This document shows positions 9,915 to 19,868 of a DNA stretch of 64,000 nucleotides, one piece after another. Source of the stretch: an uncultured virus (IMG/VR IMGVR_UViG_3300025767_000007) (taxonomy: Duplodnaviria; Heunggongvirae; Uroviricota; Caudoviricetes); IMG/VR virus record IMGVR_UViG_3300025767_000007. One strand, 5' to 3'. The notes below the pieces were generated by a model. It saw only the letters and a list, made by a program, of their open reading frames with translations. It had not been told where the DNA came from and did no database searches. Numbering within the stretch: the stretch's first letter is position 1; the number at the start of each line of letters is the position of its first letter. A program made the translations under genes and the position numbers.

Positions 9915-10557
9915 TTATTCTCCTATTATTTCTGATTGCTTTGCCGCCTTCTGAGGGTGCTTCTGTATCAGTTCTTCGTAGTATATATCTTCTAAAGTTC
10001 ATATTATGAGGATGTAGTGTTCTTCCTAGCAGTTCATTAACTAAACTATAGTGTGTTAATGTTTTTGCTGGAATTGTCATCTCAACAAAGGTATAATACT
10101 TTTCCCGTAAGAATAACATAATACGACTATACGGATCTTCTCTATCTTCCGGATAAGTTAAAAAGAATTCATTTAATCCAATAGCTTCGTGTATATCACA
10201 AAGCTCTGTAACTATTTCTCTAAACATTGGTACAAATTTAATTCCCATTGAAGGCGACAAAATCCAAGCAAAGCACCAACTAGGAGAATGAGGTAAACGT
10301 CTTACTCCTACAGCTGAAATTAGTTTATCATTTTTATATACTCCCCAACAGGCTCGCTGACTAAAGTTTTTAAACTTGTCAGGATCTAACATAAACATTC
10401 TAAAAAACTTTTCTCTTTCTTTAACCTGATCAATATCAAATCCTACTCTAAAATCTGGATACTTACTAGGATCCACTCCATCGTAGATACTATCAGCAAG
10501 TTCTAAAACTTGTTGTAGATTGGTGTGGTTAAATTGTTTTAGCTTATATGCTGACAT
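9904..10557 (-). CDS. hypothetical protein, possible GNAT-like fold
   Basis: WGVYKNDKLISAVGV beta-strand pattern. Weak call. Confidence 0.4.
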   Translation of the reverse strand: MSAYKLKQFNHTNLQQVLELADSIYDGVDPSKYPDFRVGFDIDQVKEREKFFRMFMLDPDKFKNFSQRACWGVYKNDKLISAVGVRRLPHSPSWCFAWILSPSMGIKFVPMFREIVTELCDIHEAIGLNEFFLTYPEDREDPYSRIMLFLREKYYTFVEMTIPAKTLTHYSLVNELLGRTLHPHNMNFRRYILRRTDTEAPSEGGKAIRNNRRINGN

Positions 10558-11486
10558 ACTGTTTCAATCCCTTGCTCTAAATTATGCTTTAATAGGTCTG
10601 TTGGTATAGTATACTCTACAGGAGTATAACTGTCTAATGACAGATGTCTATTTTCTTCTACATAGTCCCATAGGTGCATATAGTTTTCCATACCATGATA
10701 CTTTGGTCTCATTCTAAATTTAAATCCTGCCTCAGAGTAAATTCTCATTTTACTACTAGTCCATCCGTACTTGTATTCAAAGTTATCGTTTATTAATAAA
10801 CTTGCTGTTGGTAGATTTAAAAAGGCAAGCATTGCTTCAGGTGTATATGTGTAGAAATTATTTAATGCTACTTGTCCTGTCTTATCTTGGAATCGTCTCC
10901 ACACACCGTCTTGATCTTCCTTTTTTAAGAAAACCCAACCCCACGTTGTCTCACCTGTATTGTAATCTACAGTTGGCTTCTTTTCTAATTCTACTTCATC
11001 GACTGACATCATAGGCTCTTTAAAATCCTCAACAACCTTCATTAGTATTTGTTGATAAAAAGTATAAGATTGATATTTCTCTGCAATGTCTAAATACTCT
11101 CCACTTAAACAAAACTCTTCTGGATCAAACTCTATAACCTCAACTTTCTCATTAAATTCAGATTTCATCATTTCCATCATTGGTCCAATATCATACATGT
11201 TAGATTCATCTTTAAATTTAATGGTTACTAGTCTCGGTTTAAGACCAGCGGCTTTAAAACTACGAAATGCAATTTCGCTATCTAGACCGCCACTCATAAA
11301 AAGTGTTAAGTCTGGATACTGATCAATTATCATTTGGGCATTGCGACGCCATTCAATCTTTGCACTAAAAGTTGGTCTAGTACAACCACCAACAGACATA
11401 CTAGTAATATCTGTTTCACTAGTTCTCCAGATAGATTCTTTATCTTCGTTGTACCAGTATGTTAAATGATTGTTTAACGTGTTCAT
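10539..11486 (-). CDS. PP-loop (adenine nucleotide alpha-hydrolase) family protein
   Basis: LFMSGGLDSE. Confidence 0.7.
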   Translation of the reverse strand: MNTLNNHLTYWYNEDKESIWRTSETDITSMSVGGCTRPTFSAKIEWRRNAQMIIDQYPDLTLFMSGGLDSEIAFRSFKAAGLKPRLVTIKFKDESNMYDIGPMMEMMKSEFNEKVEVIEFDPEEFCLSGEYLDIAEKYQSYTFYQQILMKVVEDFKEPMMSVDEVELEKKPTVDYNTGETTWGWVFLKKEDQDGVWRRFQDKTGQVALNNFYTYTPEAMLAFLNLPTASLLINDNFEYKYGWTSSKMRIYSEAGFKFRMRPKYHGMENYMHLWDYVEENRHLSLDSYTPVEYTIPTDLLKHNLEQGIETVCQHIS

Positions 11487-11665
11487 TTTAGATCTAATTC
11501 CATTTGTTCTTCTTCTTCAAAGTTTTCTCCGTTTACTGCCCAGTCTAGTCCGTTAATGTCTGCATCATGTTGTGATACTCTATACTCTAGTGCTTTGATT
11601 CTAGTGTATAATTCATCAATAAGTTCTGAGGAAACATATGTATATCCATTTTTAACTGTAGTCAT
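11483..11665 (-). CDS. small hypothetical protein
   Basis: 60-aa ORF overlapping both neighbours in the operon. Confidence 0.55.
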   Translation of the reverse strand: MTTVKNGYTYVSSELIDELYTRIKALEYRVSQHDADINGLDWAVNGENFEEEEQMELDLK

Positions 11666-12299
11666 TTTGTATCCTTTTCACATCATGTTTAAGTTGATCC
11701 ATTGAAAAGCGAGTACAAGGTTTAATAACTGCCCATTGTGTAGTTGAATGAACTGTTATTGGATTCTCAATAGGAACACAATCAGTCCACCAGTTACTCC
11801 ATACACCACTAACACTAGAAGGCGTTTCGCCTGTCTTATATGCTTGAGAAATAATTTCCCATATTAACTTGTTATATTCATTAAAAGTTAGTATCATTCC
11901 GTTTTTATTATTTGCCATTGCCCAGTTTAAGTTTGCTGTTAGTAAGTGTTTTGTTATATTATGATCTAGTCTATAGTCTTTGTCCATCCATAAACGATTT
12001 CCGCCACTAGCATAATCAGGATGTAAGTTAGAATGTTCTACTGCACTAACACCTACTATTGAACCTTTTTCTAAGTCATATAATAAATCAATTTGTCCTG
12101 TATCACCTGTCCAACGTCTATGCTCGTTTCTTTCTTCTTTAATAAGATACAATAGTCCAGAAGGTTCAGAATTATCCATGTTGGGTATTACATGTGATTT
12201 TCCTTCGTCTTTAGTCATTCTTTGTAGGAATGTATTATATGCAGATTCATGTTTTTTAAAACTCTCTGCATTTGTGGTTTGTATTTCTAAAATTTGCAT
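11652..12299 (-). CDS. GNAT-like acyltransferase
   Basis: IVGVSAV...GGNRLWMDKDYR...LTFNEYN. Confidence 0.5.
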   Translation of the reverse strand: MQILEIQTTNAESFKKHESAYNTFLQRMTKDEGKSHVIPNMDNSEPSGLLYLIKEERNEHRRWTGDTGQIDLLYDLEKGSIVGVSAVEHSNLHPDYASGGNRLWMDKDYRLDHNITKHLLTANLNWAMANNKNGMILTFNEYNKLIWEIISQAYKTGETPSSVSGVWSNWWTDCVPIENPITVHSTTQWAVIKPCTRFSMDQLKHDVKRIQNDYS

Positions 12300-12314
12300 A
12301 CTAGTATGTATCTG

Positions 12315-12842
12315 TTAATCGATGTCGTTGCTGTCCAAGCTCATTAGTAGGTGCCAACGTTTTTCGTTTCCACAATTTATTGCAGTATGCAACTCTCTTG
12401 TATCTACTTTAAATACCCCACCATTGGCAGGTATTTCTACTAATTCAGGAGGATCAACAAATAAAAACCGAGCTTGTTTGTTTGTATATGTTGCTATGTG
12501 TAATCTTTGATGAGGATCTCTATGCATACTATAACAGCTACGAGGCTCCATAATCATTATTCTTGTGCGATATACTTTCCATGGAAATTCGTCAAAAAAC
12601 TTTTCCCAATATGTTCCAATTAAGTCTGGACGTAGTTGATTCCATTGATGCTCGTTGTCGCCTAAATAGGTTCCTGTACCTTCAGCATGATCTCCAATGC
12701 CGCCTGATTGTAATGCTGTTTGAGATCTAAAGTCTCCTAGTTCGTTATCCCATGCTAATTTTTTACATTCCTCATGTAACCGTTCTACATCGTTGATAAC
12801 ATAAGGCTTGTCGTTATGTCGCATACGATACTTCTTACTCAT
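12315..12842 (-). CDS. Asp/Asn beta-hydroxylase-like 2OG-Fe(II) oxygenase
   Basis: RTRIM.MEP...YSMHRD...RLHI...DTRELHTAIN.G...RWHL. Confidence 0.75.
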   Translation of the reverse strand: MSKKYRMRHNDKPYVINDVERLHEECKKLAWDNELGDFRSQTALQSGGIGDHAEGTGTYLGDNEHQWNQLRPDLIGTYWEKFFDEFPWKVYRTRIMIMEPRSCYSMHRDPHQRLHIATYTNKQARFLFVDPPELVEIPANGGVFKVDTRELHTAINCGNEKRWHLLMSLDSNDID

Positions 12843-14108
12843 TTATACCTCTCCTATAACCATAAACCTATTGCATTTTTCTAAGTTTAATTCACCTTGA
12901 TAATGTATCTTTGATACTCCACATTCTTCAACAAACTCGTCTAAATGAGAAAAGCAATTAACATGATCTGGAACATCAAACATATTATTACCTTGTAATA
13001 CAACTCTAGTTCCTTTAGGAAGAGACTCAATCCAACCTCCGTGGTCATGAAAGTGTTCTGTTATTGTATCAACTATAACAAAATTTTTCATTTTGGTAAA
13101 GTCCATAGATCTAATATCTTCATTTGATACTTGGTAACGTTCAGTTGATACACCTGCCATTGACATTTCGTTGCCATCAACATCTGTTATGTCTGGTGCT
13201 GGTACGTTTAATATACAAGATGGATCATTAACAGTCTTGTCAATATCTACATTAAGAACTTTTCCAAACTCTTGTTTACGACAGTTTGCTAAGAAAGGCA
13301 ATATTCCAAGCCAACCTCCAACTATAATTGTAGTAGTATCTTCTGTAATCCAATTCACTTCTTTTAATTTGTCTAGTAACCAAACTTTACTTTTAATTTG
13401 ATTTCTACTTAATGCATCTTGCCAGTTTAACTTTGGACTATGTGCTATTGCTTTAGACATACGTTTGAGTTCTGATTGTAATTCAGGAAAATAATTTATA
13501 CTTGCATTATTTGCAAGTACTTCAATATTATCGTCAACTAAGTTTTCTAACATAGTTGTTCTTCCTACTAATAGTCTTGCAAAGTAACATACCTCATAGA
13601 TGTTTCCTTGTTTTGCTTCTGCTAGTTTATTAGCACCCCAGGCTATGTTTTCTAATGCATCAGTTCCGTTTTCTTTTATCCAACCTGCTGTAGCCCATAC
13701 AGGTTGAGCAATATCTTCTACTACTTGGCAACCTTTCCAAATTGTATTAATTACTTCATTAGGTGCAGATGTAAACTTGATATTGTTATCTTCTCTATGA
13801 TACATTCCAAGTGCTAGTGCTAGTCTTAACTGATTCCATCTTGTTTTTTCTTTAGCAGGTTCTACACATGCTAATAAATCCTGAAAGTTTAAGAAGTTTT
13901 CAATCCCAACATTATAAAACAAATGTTCTAAGTCATCGTCTGATCCTGTTTCTAAGTTTCTTCTAAGCCAATGTAAGCTACTACGAAACCCAATAAACTC
14001 CTCCATAAAATACAAAAAGGCTATTCTATTTTTTCTAATAGTATCTTCTTTACTTCCTGGTACTAGTCTAGTATTATTCTTTTGTTTTGCTTCTTGTAGT
14101 CTTACCAT
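12843..14108 (-). CDS. class I SAM-dependent methyltransferase with N-terminal extension
   Basis: SKVWL, IVGGWLG, NVDID, TITEH, LQGNN...HVNC, RFMVIG. ATG 14108 overlaps the upstream TAA. Confidence 0.7.
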   Translation of the reverse strand: MVRLQEAKQKNNTRLVPGSKEDTIRKNRIAFLYFMEEFIGFRSSLHWLRRNLETGSDDDLEHLFYNVGIENFLNFQDLLACVEPAKEKTRWNQLRLALALGMYHREDNNIKFTSAPNEVINTIWKGCQVVEDIAQPVWATAGWIKENGTDALENIAWGANKLAEAKQGNIYEVCYFARLLVGRTTMLENLVDDNIEVLANNASINYFPELQSELKRMSKAIAHSPKLNWQDALSRNQIKSKVWLLDKLKEVNWITEDTTTIIVGGWLGILPFLANCRKQEFGKVLNVDIDKTVNDPSCILNVPAPDITDVDGNEMSMAGVSTERYQVSNEDIRSMDFTKMKNFVIVDTITEHFHDHGGWIESLPKGTRVVLQGNNMFDVPDHVNCFSHLDEFVEECGVSKIHYQGELNLEKCNRFMVIGEV

Positions 14109-15097
14109 TACTGCCACCATCCAAACAACTTTAAGTTAGTTCTCCAATGTACATCATCATATGTTAAAGGTTTTTCAGGATGTAACTGTAACTGTTTAAA
14201 GAGTAAACTAGCACTTTCGTCTAATATTGGCAAGTTAAATCCGTAAACCTCATTTACTGCATCTTGGAGTTCTTTCATGCCTCTTTCTGTTATTGTTTCA
14301 AAGCTCTTGAAGTATTCATTGAACCATTCATAATCCCTAATTAATGTGTAGTCAAAGTTATTAAAGTATAACTGTCTAATAGCAGTACGAGCACCTATAA
14401 TACTCCATATACCATTTTTAACATCAGCACCAACTGTTAGCCATGTTAGCAATCGTTGATAGTTTGCGGCATGCATTATTTCTTTAATATTGTCTTTATT
14501 AATTACTTTTCCGGCTTCAGTTGAAAGTTTAACTCCTTCTCTAAAGCCTACACGAAAAGCCTGATAAGGAGATGCATTTGTATAAACAGTTGAATAGCAA
14601 CCGGGTAGTTCCTTGTACTGTGATTCGTCCCAACAGAAATCAACTTCATCTCGTTCAGTATTTGATGCTTCGTGACTTTTCATCGACATTAGATGTTCTG
14701 TATTCCATAGTTTTAATCCGCCATTACCATACATTAATCCATTTGTAAACTGTCTACCGCCCCAAGTGTAAGACATAAATCCTATACCTTTAGGAAGACG
14801 TAATTCAAAGAAAGCAGGATCTACTATACTATCCGCATCAACTGTGATTACATATCCAGCATTAGGAAAAGCCTGAGCCGCGGCTTTATGACAAGCATCA
14901 AATCCTTTAACACCATGTACACGTTGTACTTCTTGATGTGGTGTTGTTAGTTGTAATGTTTTCCAGTTAGCGTCAGCATTTGGTTCATCAAAACTTAGAA
15001 ATACAATAGGAATATCTCTGGTAGTTCTAGCAGTATGCTTTACATTTCCTGCAAGTATCTTTGCTTTATCGTCTTTTGATAGTTTAAACATTGACAT
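14108..15097 (-). CDS. GT-A fold glycosyltransferase-like, paralog 3
   Basis: FLSFDEPNAD, HGVKGFDACH, VDAD (DxD), NGLMYGNGGLKL, FREGVKL. Confidence 0.7.
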   Translation of the reverse strand: MSMFKLSKDDKAKILAGNVKHTARTTRDIPIVFLSFDEPNADANWKTLQLTTPHQEVQRVHGVKGFDACHKAAAQAFPNAGYVITVDADSIVDPAFFELRLPKGIGFMSYTWGGRQFTNGLMYGNGGLKLWNTEHLMSMKSHEASNTERDEVDFCWDESQYKELPGCYSTVYTNASPYQAFRVGFREGVKLSTEAGKVINKDNIKEIMHAANYQRLLTWLTVGADVKNGIWSIIGARTAIRQLYFNNFDYTLIRDYEWFNEYFKSFETITERGMKELQDAVNEVYGFNLPILDESASLLFKQLQLHPEKPLTYDDVHWRTNLKLFGWWQ

Positions 15098-15950
15098 TGT
15101 TAAATTCCTTTTCTAACCATTCCCAGTTATTAATTAGATTCATTTTCTCACTATTAGCATATTTTAAACCATGCTTGACTCCAGCTTTTGCTCCTTTAAT
15201 AACCCACTCTGCATTTAATCCTTCTGATACTGTTGACCATACATGATATCTCACAGATGCTTCGAACACTTCATCAAAGTAATTATGTGTTAGCAAACTT
15301 TCTCTATATTTTTCAATTATAATACTTCTTTTGCCGCCTCTGTATGATGACTTAGATTTGCTATCCCAATCTTGTTTTTGTATATGTTCTTCCAACCTAA
15401 CAAATTCTTTTTCTCTTTGTTGTTCTCTTCTTTTAATTGCACCAAAAACTGAACCTAATGATGCTAGTTTTGCACATTCTCTAAATGCGCCTATAAACGC
15501 ACTATCTGGTGTTGCGTTAAATCTTGTTTCACAACTAACCTTAGACTTAGCAATAGTAGATGCTCCTATTGTTGTAGACAAATCAATTTCCCAACTGCGA
15601 CCTTCTAAAAATGGCTTTTTAGGAAACAACTTAACTCCGCCATATCCATATTCTAATCCATTGACTGGATTAACACTATTCCATACAATTACACACTCGT
15701 CTTCTGGATGATCCCAATGTAGTTCGTTTGGATCTGGAACAAAATTAAAATTAAAGTCATCTGCAATCCAAGCATCAGCATCAACTACATAGAAGTTGTC
15801 TGTTGCTGACTGTTCTGCACAAGTTTTATGTACTTCATAGATTCCTTTAACATCTCTTACTTCTTTGATGTTTGGAACAAATTTTGTTAGTCTCTGGTAG
15901 TTTTCTTCTGCGTTCCATTCGCCTTGGGAAATAAAAAATACATCTAACAT
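15084..15950 (-). CDS. GT-A fold glycosyltransferase-like, paralog 2
   Basis: FISQGEWNAE, VDAD, NGLEYGYGGVKL, FRECAKL. Confidence 0.7.
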   Translation of the reverse strand: MLDVFFISQGEWNAEENYQRLTKFVPNIKEVRDVKGIYEVHKTCAEQSATDNFYVVDADAWIADDFNFNFVPDPNELHWDHPEDECVIVWNSVNPVNGLEYGYGGVKLFPKKPFLEGRSWEIDLSTTIGASTIAKSKVSCETRFNATPDSAFIGAFRECAKLASLGSVFGAIKRREQQREKEFVRLEEHIQKQDWDSKSKSSYRGGKRSIIIEKYRESLLTHNYFDEVFEASVRYHVWSTVSEGLNAEWVIKGAKAGVKHGLKYANSEKMNLINNWEWLEKEFNNVNV

Positions 15951-15954
15951 CTAA

Positions 15955-16929
15955 TCAACCTACTATTAACTGATCAACATCAGCTTCTCTAACTAATGGT
16001 GCTAGTCTGATAGGATTAAAGTAACTGGCTTTATAAAACTTACTTGCTTGTTCATCTAATGTTGCAATCTCTAAACTCATATCTTGTTTTAATATTCTTC
16101 CTAGCTTTTCTACTTCATTGTATAATTTTTTTGTATTCCAAGAGAAGTTGCTTATTGCACAATGCTCATCTGTTCCGTAAAACTTTGGCATAATTTCTTC
16201 ATGCCAGTATTTGTTATGCCATTCAAAGTCTCGAACTAAAGTAAAATCAAACTCGCTTCTTTTTAAGTTTGTCATATAGCAACCTAATCTAGCACCATAC
16301 ATTGCCCATAAGCCATTTTCAACATCAGCACCAACACTCATCCAAATTAACAAACGTCTATGATTTTTGTAATTGTTTCTCTCTGCTACTTGTCGCCAAT
16401 CCATAGGCTGACCGTTATGTAATGCTAACTTAACACCTTCCCTAAATCCTGCTCTATATGCTTGATAAGGAGTCTTATTGTTATACACATCACTATAGAT
16501 ATTGTTTAACTGATGATAATGTATATCCCAACAAAAGTCAACAGCACCTGCTCCGCCACTAACTTCCTCATGTGTTCTCATTTGTTCAACTACTTTTACT
16601 GGCCATAATTTAATACCACCATTGCCGTATACTAAACCATTTATAATATTCTTCCCTGACCAACTTAGTACGTCACTTTTATCAAATGCTTCTATCTCTA
16701 GTTCAAGTTCAAAGAAGTCTTCTCTAACTTTATTATCTGCATCAATACCAATAAAACGTTCTGTTTCAGATAGTTTAGCGGCGGCTTTATGGCAAGCATC
16801 AGATCCAAATACTCCGTGACTTCTTTTAGCCCAAGGACAAATTGATTGTAAATGAGCCCAATTCTCGTCTGCATTTGGTTCATCATAACTGATAAACACA
16901 ACATCATATTCACTTATAGGCACACTCAT
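15955..16929 (-). CDS. GT-A fold glycosyltransferase-like, paralog 1
   Basis: FISYDEPNAD, HGVFGSDACH, IDAD, NGLVYGNGGIKL, FREGVKL. Confidence 0.7.
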   Translation of the reverse strand: MSVPISEYDVVFISYDEPNADENWAHLQSICPWAKRSHGVFGSDACHKAAAKLSETERFIGIDADNKVREDFFELELEIEAFDKSDVLSWSGKNIINGLVYGNGGIKLWPVKVVEQMRTHEEVSGGAGAVDFCWDIHYHQLNNIYSDVYNNKTPYQAYRAGFREGVKLALHNGQPMDWRQVAERNNYKNHRRLLIWMSVGADVENGLWAMYGARLGCYMTNLKRSEFDFTLVRDFEWHNKYWHEEIMPKFYGTDEHCAISNFSWNTKKLYNEVEKLGRILKQDMSLEIATLDEQASKFYKASYFNPIRLAPLVREADVDQLIVG

Positions 16930-17891
16930 GCTTCTACTCCTACGTCTAGATTGTTTGCTTTATATAACAAATTTATTGGGGTGTTGTTTGGCCAGTTAGT
17001 AGATATCTCAAACGGTACATTTTGTCTTAACATTAGTGCAGGTAAACTAACCCATGCTACAAAGTTATCAGGATCATCTCCTGTTATTAGAGCACCTTTT
17101 AAATCTCCAGTCAAATCGTCTATTGCACTTCCTGCTGTATAATTACTTTGTGCATAAACTTTACCATCTTTTATATATAATGTAATATGTGTTCCTGGTC
17201 CAGGATGAGATATAATTGTTTGTAGTTCTGACGTTCCGTTAAATGCATAATATTTTTCTGTCTTTACAAATACTATTCCTGTTGCTACTTGAGGTAAGTT
17301 TAAACGTACATCTTTATCATTATGTACAATGTTGTGTATAACAGAAGGATCAATTAAATCCCATAAAGAAAACTCTGCATATCCTTTTTCTATTAATTGA
17401 CCTATAGCAATATCAATATTACCAAAGTATATGTGTGGATCGCTACTATCAGTTATGTAAATTTTAAGAGGCATTGTTGCTTTATTTTCCATTGCACGAG
17501 TTGTCCAAATTCTGTTTGGTTCTACTCTCACTATTCCTTTTTCAGCAAACAATACAAATTTTATTTCAGCATTATTATTTTCTTCATGTAACGTAGTACT
17601 ATGCCAATTATAACGACTATTTGTTGCAAGTTTGTAAGAATCTAGTTTACGTTTATCAACTAAATCTAATGCTCCAATTTTTTCATTAAGTGCAACCTTA
17701 TAGTTACTTTGGCTATCACTACCTTCTAATAAACTTTTAATTTTAGCATATGTAACATTAAGTGCTTTTGGATTATCAGGTTGTCTTCCTGCAGATATTT
17801 TCTTAATAGTACCGGCACCGTCATATTCAACTGACCAAAATTCTTCTTTAACTCTTGTACGTTTTCTAACTGTAAATTGTATATCAGCCAT
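16926..17891 (-). CDS. hypothetical protein
   Basis: Long ORF in the operon. GGAG spacing favours ATG 17891. Confidence 0.7.
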   Translation of the reverse strand: MADIQFTVRKRTRVKEEFWSVEYDGAGTIKKISAGRQPDNPKALNVTYAKIKSLLEGSDSQSNYKVALNEKIGALDLVDKRKLDSYKLATNSRYNWHSTTLHEENNNAEIKFVLFAEKGIVRVEPNRIWTTRAMENKATMPLKIYITDSSDPHIYFGNIDIAIGQLIEKGYAEFSLWDLIDPSVIHNIVHNDKDVRLNLPQVATGIVFVKTEKYYAFNGTSELQTIISHPGPGTHITLYIKDGKVYAQSNYTAGSAIDDLTGDLKGALITGDDPDNFVAWVSLPALMLRQNVPFEISTNWPNNTPINLLYKANNLDVGVEA

Positions 17892-18585
17892 TGTGTACAT
17901 ACTCCAATGTTTTCTCTGATTTATCTAACCATACTGGAAATAACTGTACATGATTTTCTAATTTAAAATTACTGTTTGACGGATAATAAGAAATCCAATC
18001 ATGCCATGTATTAGTTGCATACATTACAGGAGCAGTTTCTAAGTCTCTAATACTCATATCAACTAACGGAAATGTTTCATATGCTTGCCAGGACGGAAAC
18101 AAAGAAACTATAGCACTTAGCCAATGTTGTAACTCTGCTTCTTCTGGAAAATAGTAAGTCCATAACTGTTCTTGTGTAAAGTTTATTACTAACATAAACG
18201 ACTCAACGGCACTCATTGAATCTCCTATTAGCATGACATACGGAATCCCCAAATGATTATTCTCTTCTTGTACTTTTCTTTTTAGTATTTTCTTTTTAGG
18301 AATTTCTAATAACCTGTGATCTACAAGTTTACCAGGAACTATGTTTATTTTGTGCTCTATCGCAATTTCTAATAACTTAAACGACATAGGTCTAATAGCA
18401 ACACCTGCCTGACATAATATATCTCCGTCCTCAAGTGGAATACGAGATAGTTCAAGTAATTGCTCTTCTGGGCTTGTTTCTAATAGTTCTACAAATACAG
18501 TTTCAACATCATCTTTAAAAGACTTTATATCAGCTTCAGTTACTTTATATAGTTCCATGTTGTTCCCAAATACATAACACTTCAT
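17884..18585 (-). CDS. hypothetical protein (possibly degenerate glycosyltransferase-like)
   Basis: ORF coupled to the GT gene. C-terminus loosely parallels the neighbouring GT. Confidence 0.5.
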   Translation of the reverse strand: MKCYVFGNNMELYKVTEADIKSFKDDVETVFVELLETSPEEQLLELSRIPLEDGDILCQAGVAIRPMSFKLLEIAIEHKINIVPGKLVDHRLLEIPKKKILKRKVQEENNHLGIPYVMLIGDSMSAVESFMLVINFTQEQLWTYYFPEEAELQHWLSAIVSLFPSWQAYETFPLVDMSIRDLETAPVMYATNTWHDWISYYPSNSNFKLENHVQLFPVWLDKSEKTLEYVHNG

Positions 18586-19457
18586 GACATAAAACTCATA
18601 ATTTGTCTATAGTTACGAAGTATACTCATTTTGTTCATCATATGTATATCCTCTCCTGTAACTCTTACTGCAATATTTTTATATTCCTCTTCTAAGTTAC
18701 TAAGCATAACCCAATCGTTTGCTCCTTTAACTTCTACAATATCATCACGTTGATCTTGGTAACGCATATGTAAAGGTATGCGTCCTATAAACCCTCCGTC
18801 TTGGAAGCCGTCACATAAGTGACATGCAATAGAAGCCGCATAGTCAGTACGATACAAACTTCCAGGAAACTTATATAGGAAGCGATAATATTCCCAATGA
18901 TCCTTTACATGCGACCATACATTAAAGAAATGTTGTGCTTCTTCAGACTTTCTCCAATATACTACTGTTGACCACCACATGCGTATTCCTGCATAATGTA
19001 ACCATCTTTCTGTAGTGTAAGGTTCTTGACAACGCAGATTCATTGCATCTCGATGCATAGCTACATCGCTTGGGCCGCCGAATAGCATTTCTAGATTATT
19101 ATTTCCAACAAGATAGTCTGTGTCAATCAATATAGTTTCATCAAACGGAGTTATATTGTAAATATCATGTTTATTAGTATTTGTAAATTGAGCATTAAAA
19201 CTATGATATGCTCCATCATTATGTATTCTAATATTAGTTTCATATTCTGGATCAGTCATAATGACTTGATCCCAGAGTTTTGTGGTCATCTTTTTTGTAG
19301 TATATTGTTTGGATTGAATTAAACTGCGTTCGTTGGTTACTAACACTACGGGAATATCTGGCATATATTTCTTTAGTGCTGAAGTGGCAACAATCGCTAA
19401 TTTAGTATAATCTATTTGCTCATTGTTATAAGCAAACATCATAAAACCTTTTGTCAT
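18582..19457 (-). CDS. GT-A (GT8-like) nucleotide-diphospho-sugar transferase
   Basis: TPFDETILIDTDY (DxD), WWSTVVYWRK, RTDYA, DIHMMNK. Confidence 0.7.
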   Translation of the reverse strand: MTKGFMMFAYNNEQIDYTKLAIVATSALKKYMPDIPVVLVTNERSLIQSKQYTTKKMTTKLWDQVIMTDPEYETNIRIHNDGAYHSFNAQFTNTNKHDIYNITPFDETILIDTDYLVGNNNLEMLFGGPSDVAMHRDAMNLRCQEPYTTERWLHYAGIRMWWSTVVYWRKSEEAQHFFNVWSHVKDHWEYYRFLYKFPGSLYRTDYAASIACHLCDGFQDGGFIGRIPLHMRYQDQRDDIVEVKGANDWVMLSNLEEEYKNIAVRVTGEDIHMMNKMSILRNYRQIMSFMS

Positions 19458-19807
19458 TTTGCTCCTACAACTGTCTTTGTTGCTCTAGCTTTTTTTAGTT
19501 TTTGTTGTTCGTCCCATTTTAGTTGCATTGCTTTATCATATGTTTCTAATAGTTTCTTTAGGAACTCTTTGCTTTTATCAATAGAACTAGTATTACCAAT
19601 GCTATCTGCAATGTATAATACTTTTTTAGGATTTAGACTTACCTGTGCAGACACATAACCAATTAAGTCTTGTGTTACTTTAAAGACATAATTGTTATAG
19701 TTTAGTAGTAACATTGATTCAACACGGGCATCAATGTTCTTCCTTTGTGTTTGCAGAGTCAGTCTATAATTTGCAAAATCAAGTGCTTTTTTTAGTCTAT
19801 CATCCAT
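19454..19807 (-). CDS. hypothetical protein
   Basis: 117-aa ORF with AGGA RBS. First gene after a TAAATA motif. Confidence 0.7.
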   Translation of the reverse strand: MDDRLKKALDFANYRLTLQTQRKNIDARVESMLLLNYNNYVFKVTQDLIGYVSAQVSLNPKKVLYIADSIGNTSSIDKSKEFLKKLLETYDKAMQLKWDEQQKLKKARATKTVVGAK

Positions 19808-19868
19808 ATTACTATCCTAGAGTTATGTATGCACTTATTTATTGGGAGAATGTAACGAAGTTAAACCG

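Noticed and set aside
3543..19807. Assigning the tailoring island to DNA hypermodification or 7-deazaguanine synthesis
   Set aside because: No recognisable dNMP hydroxymethylase, DpdA, QueD/QueE/FolE or QueC zinc motif. Not excluded, but unsupported by the sequence.
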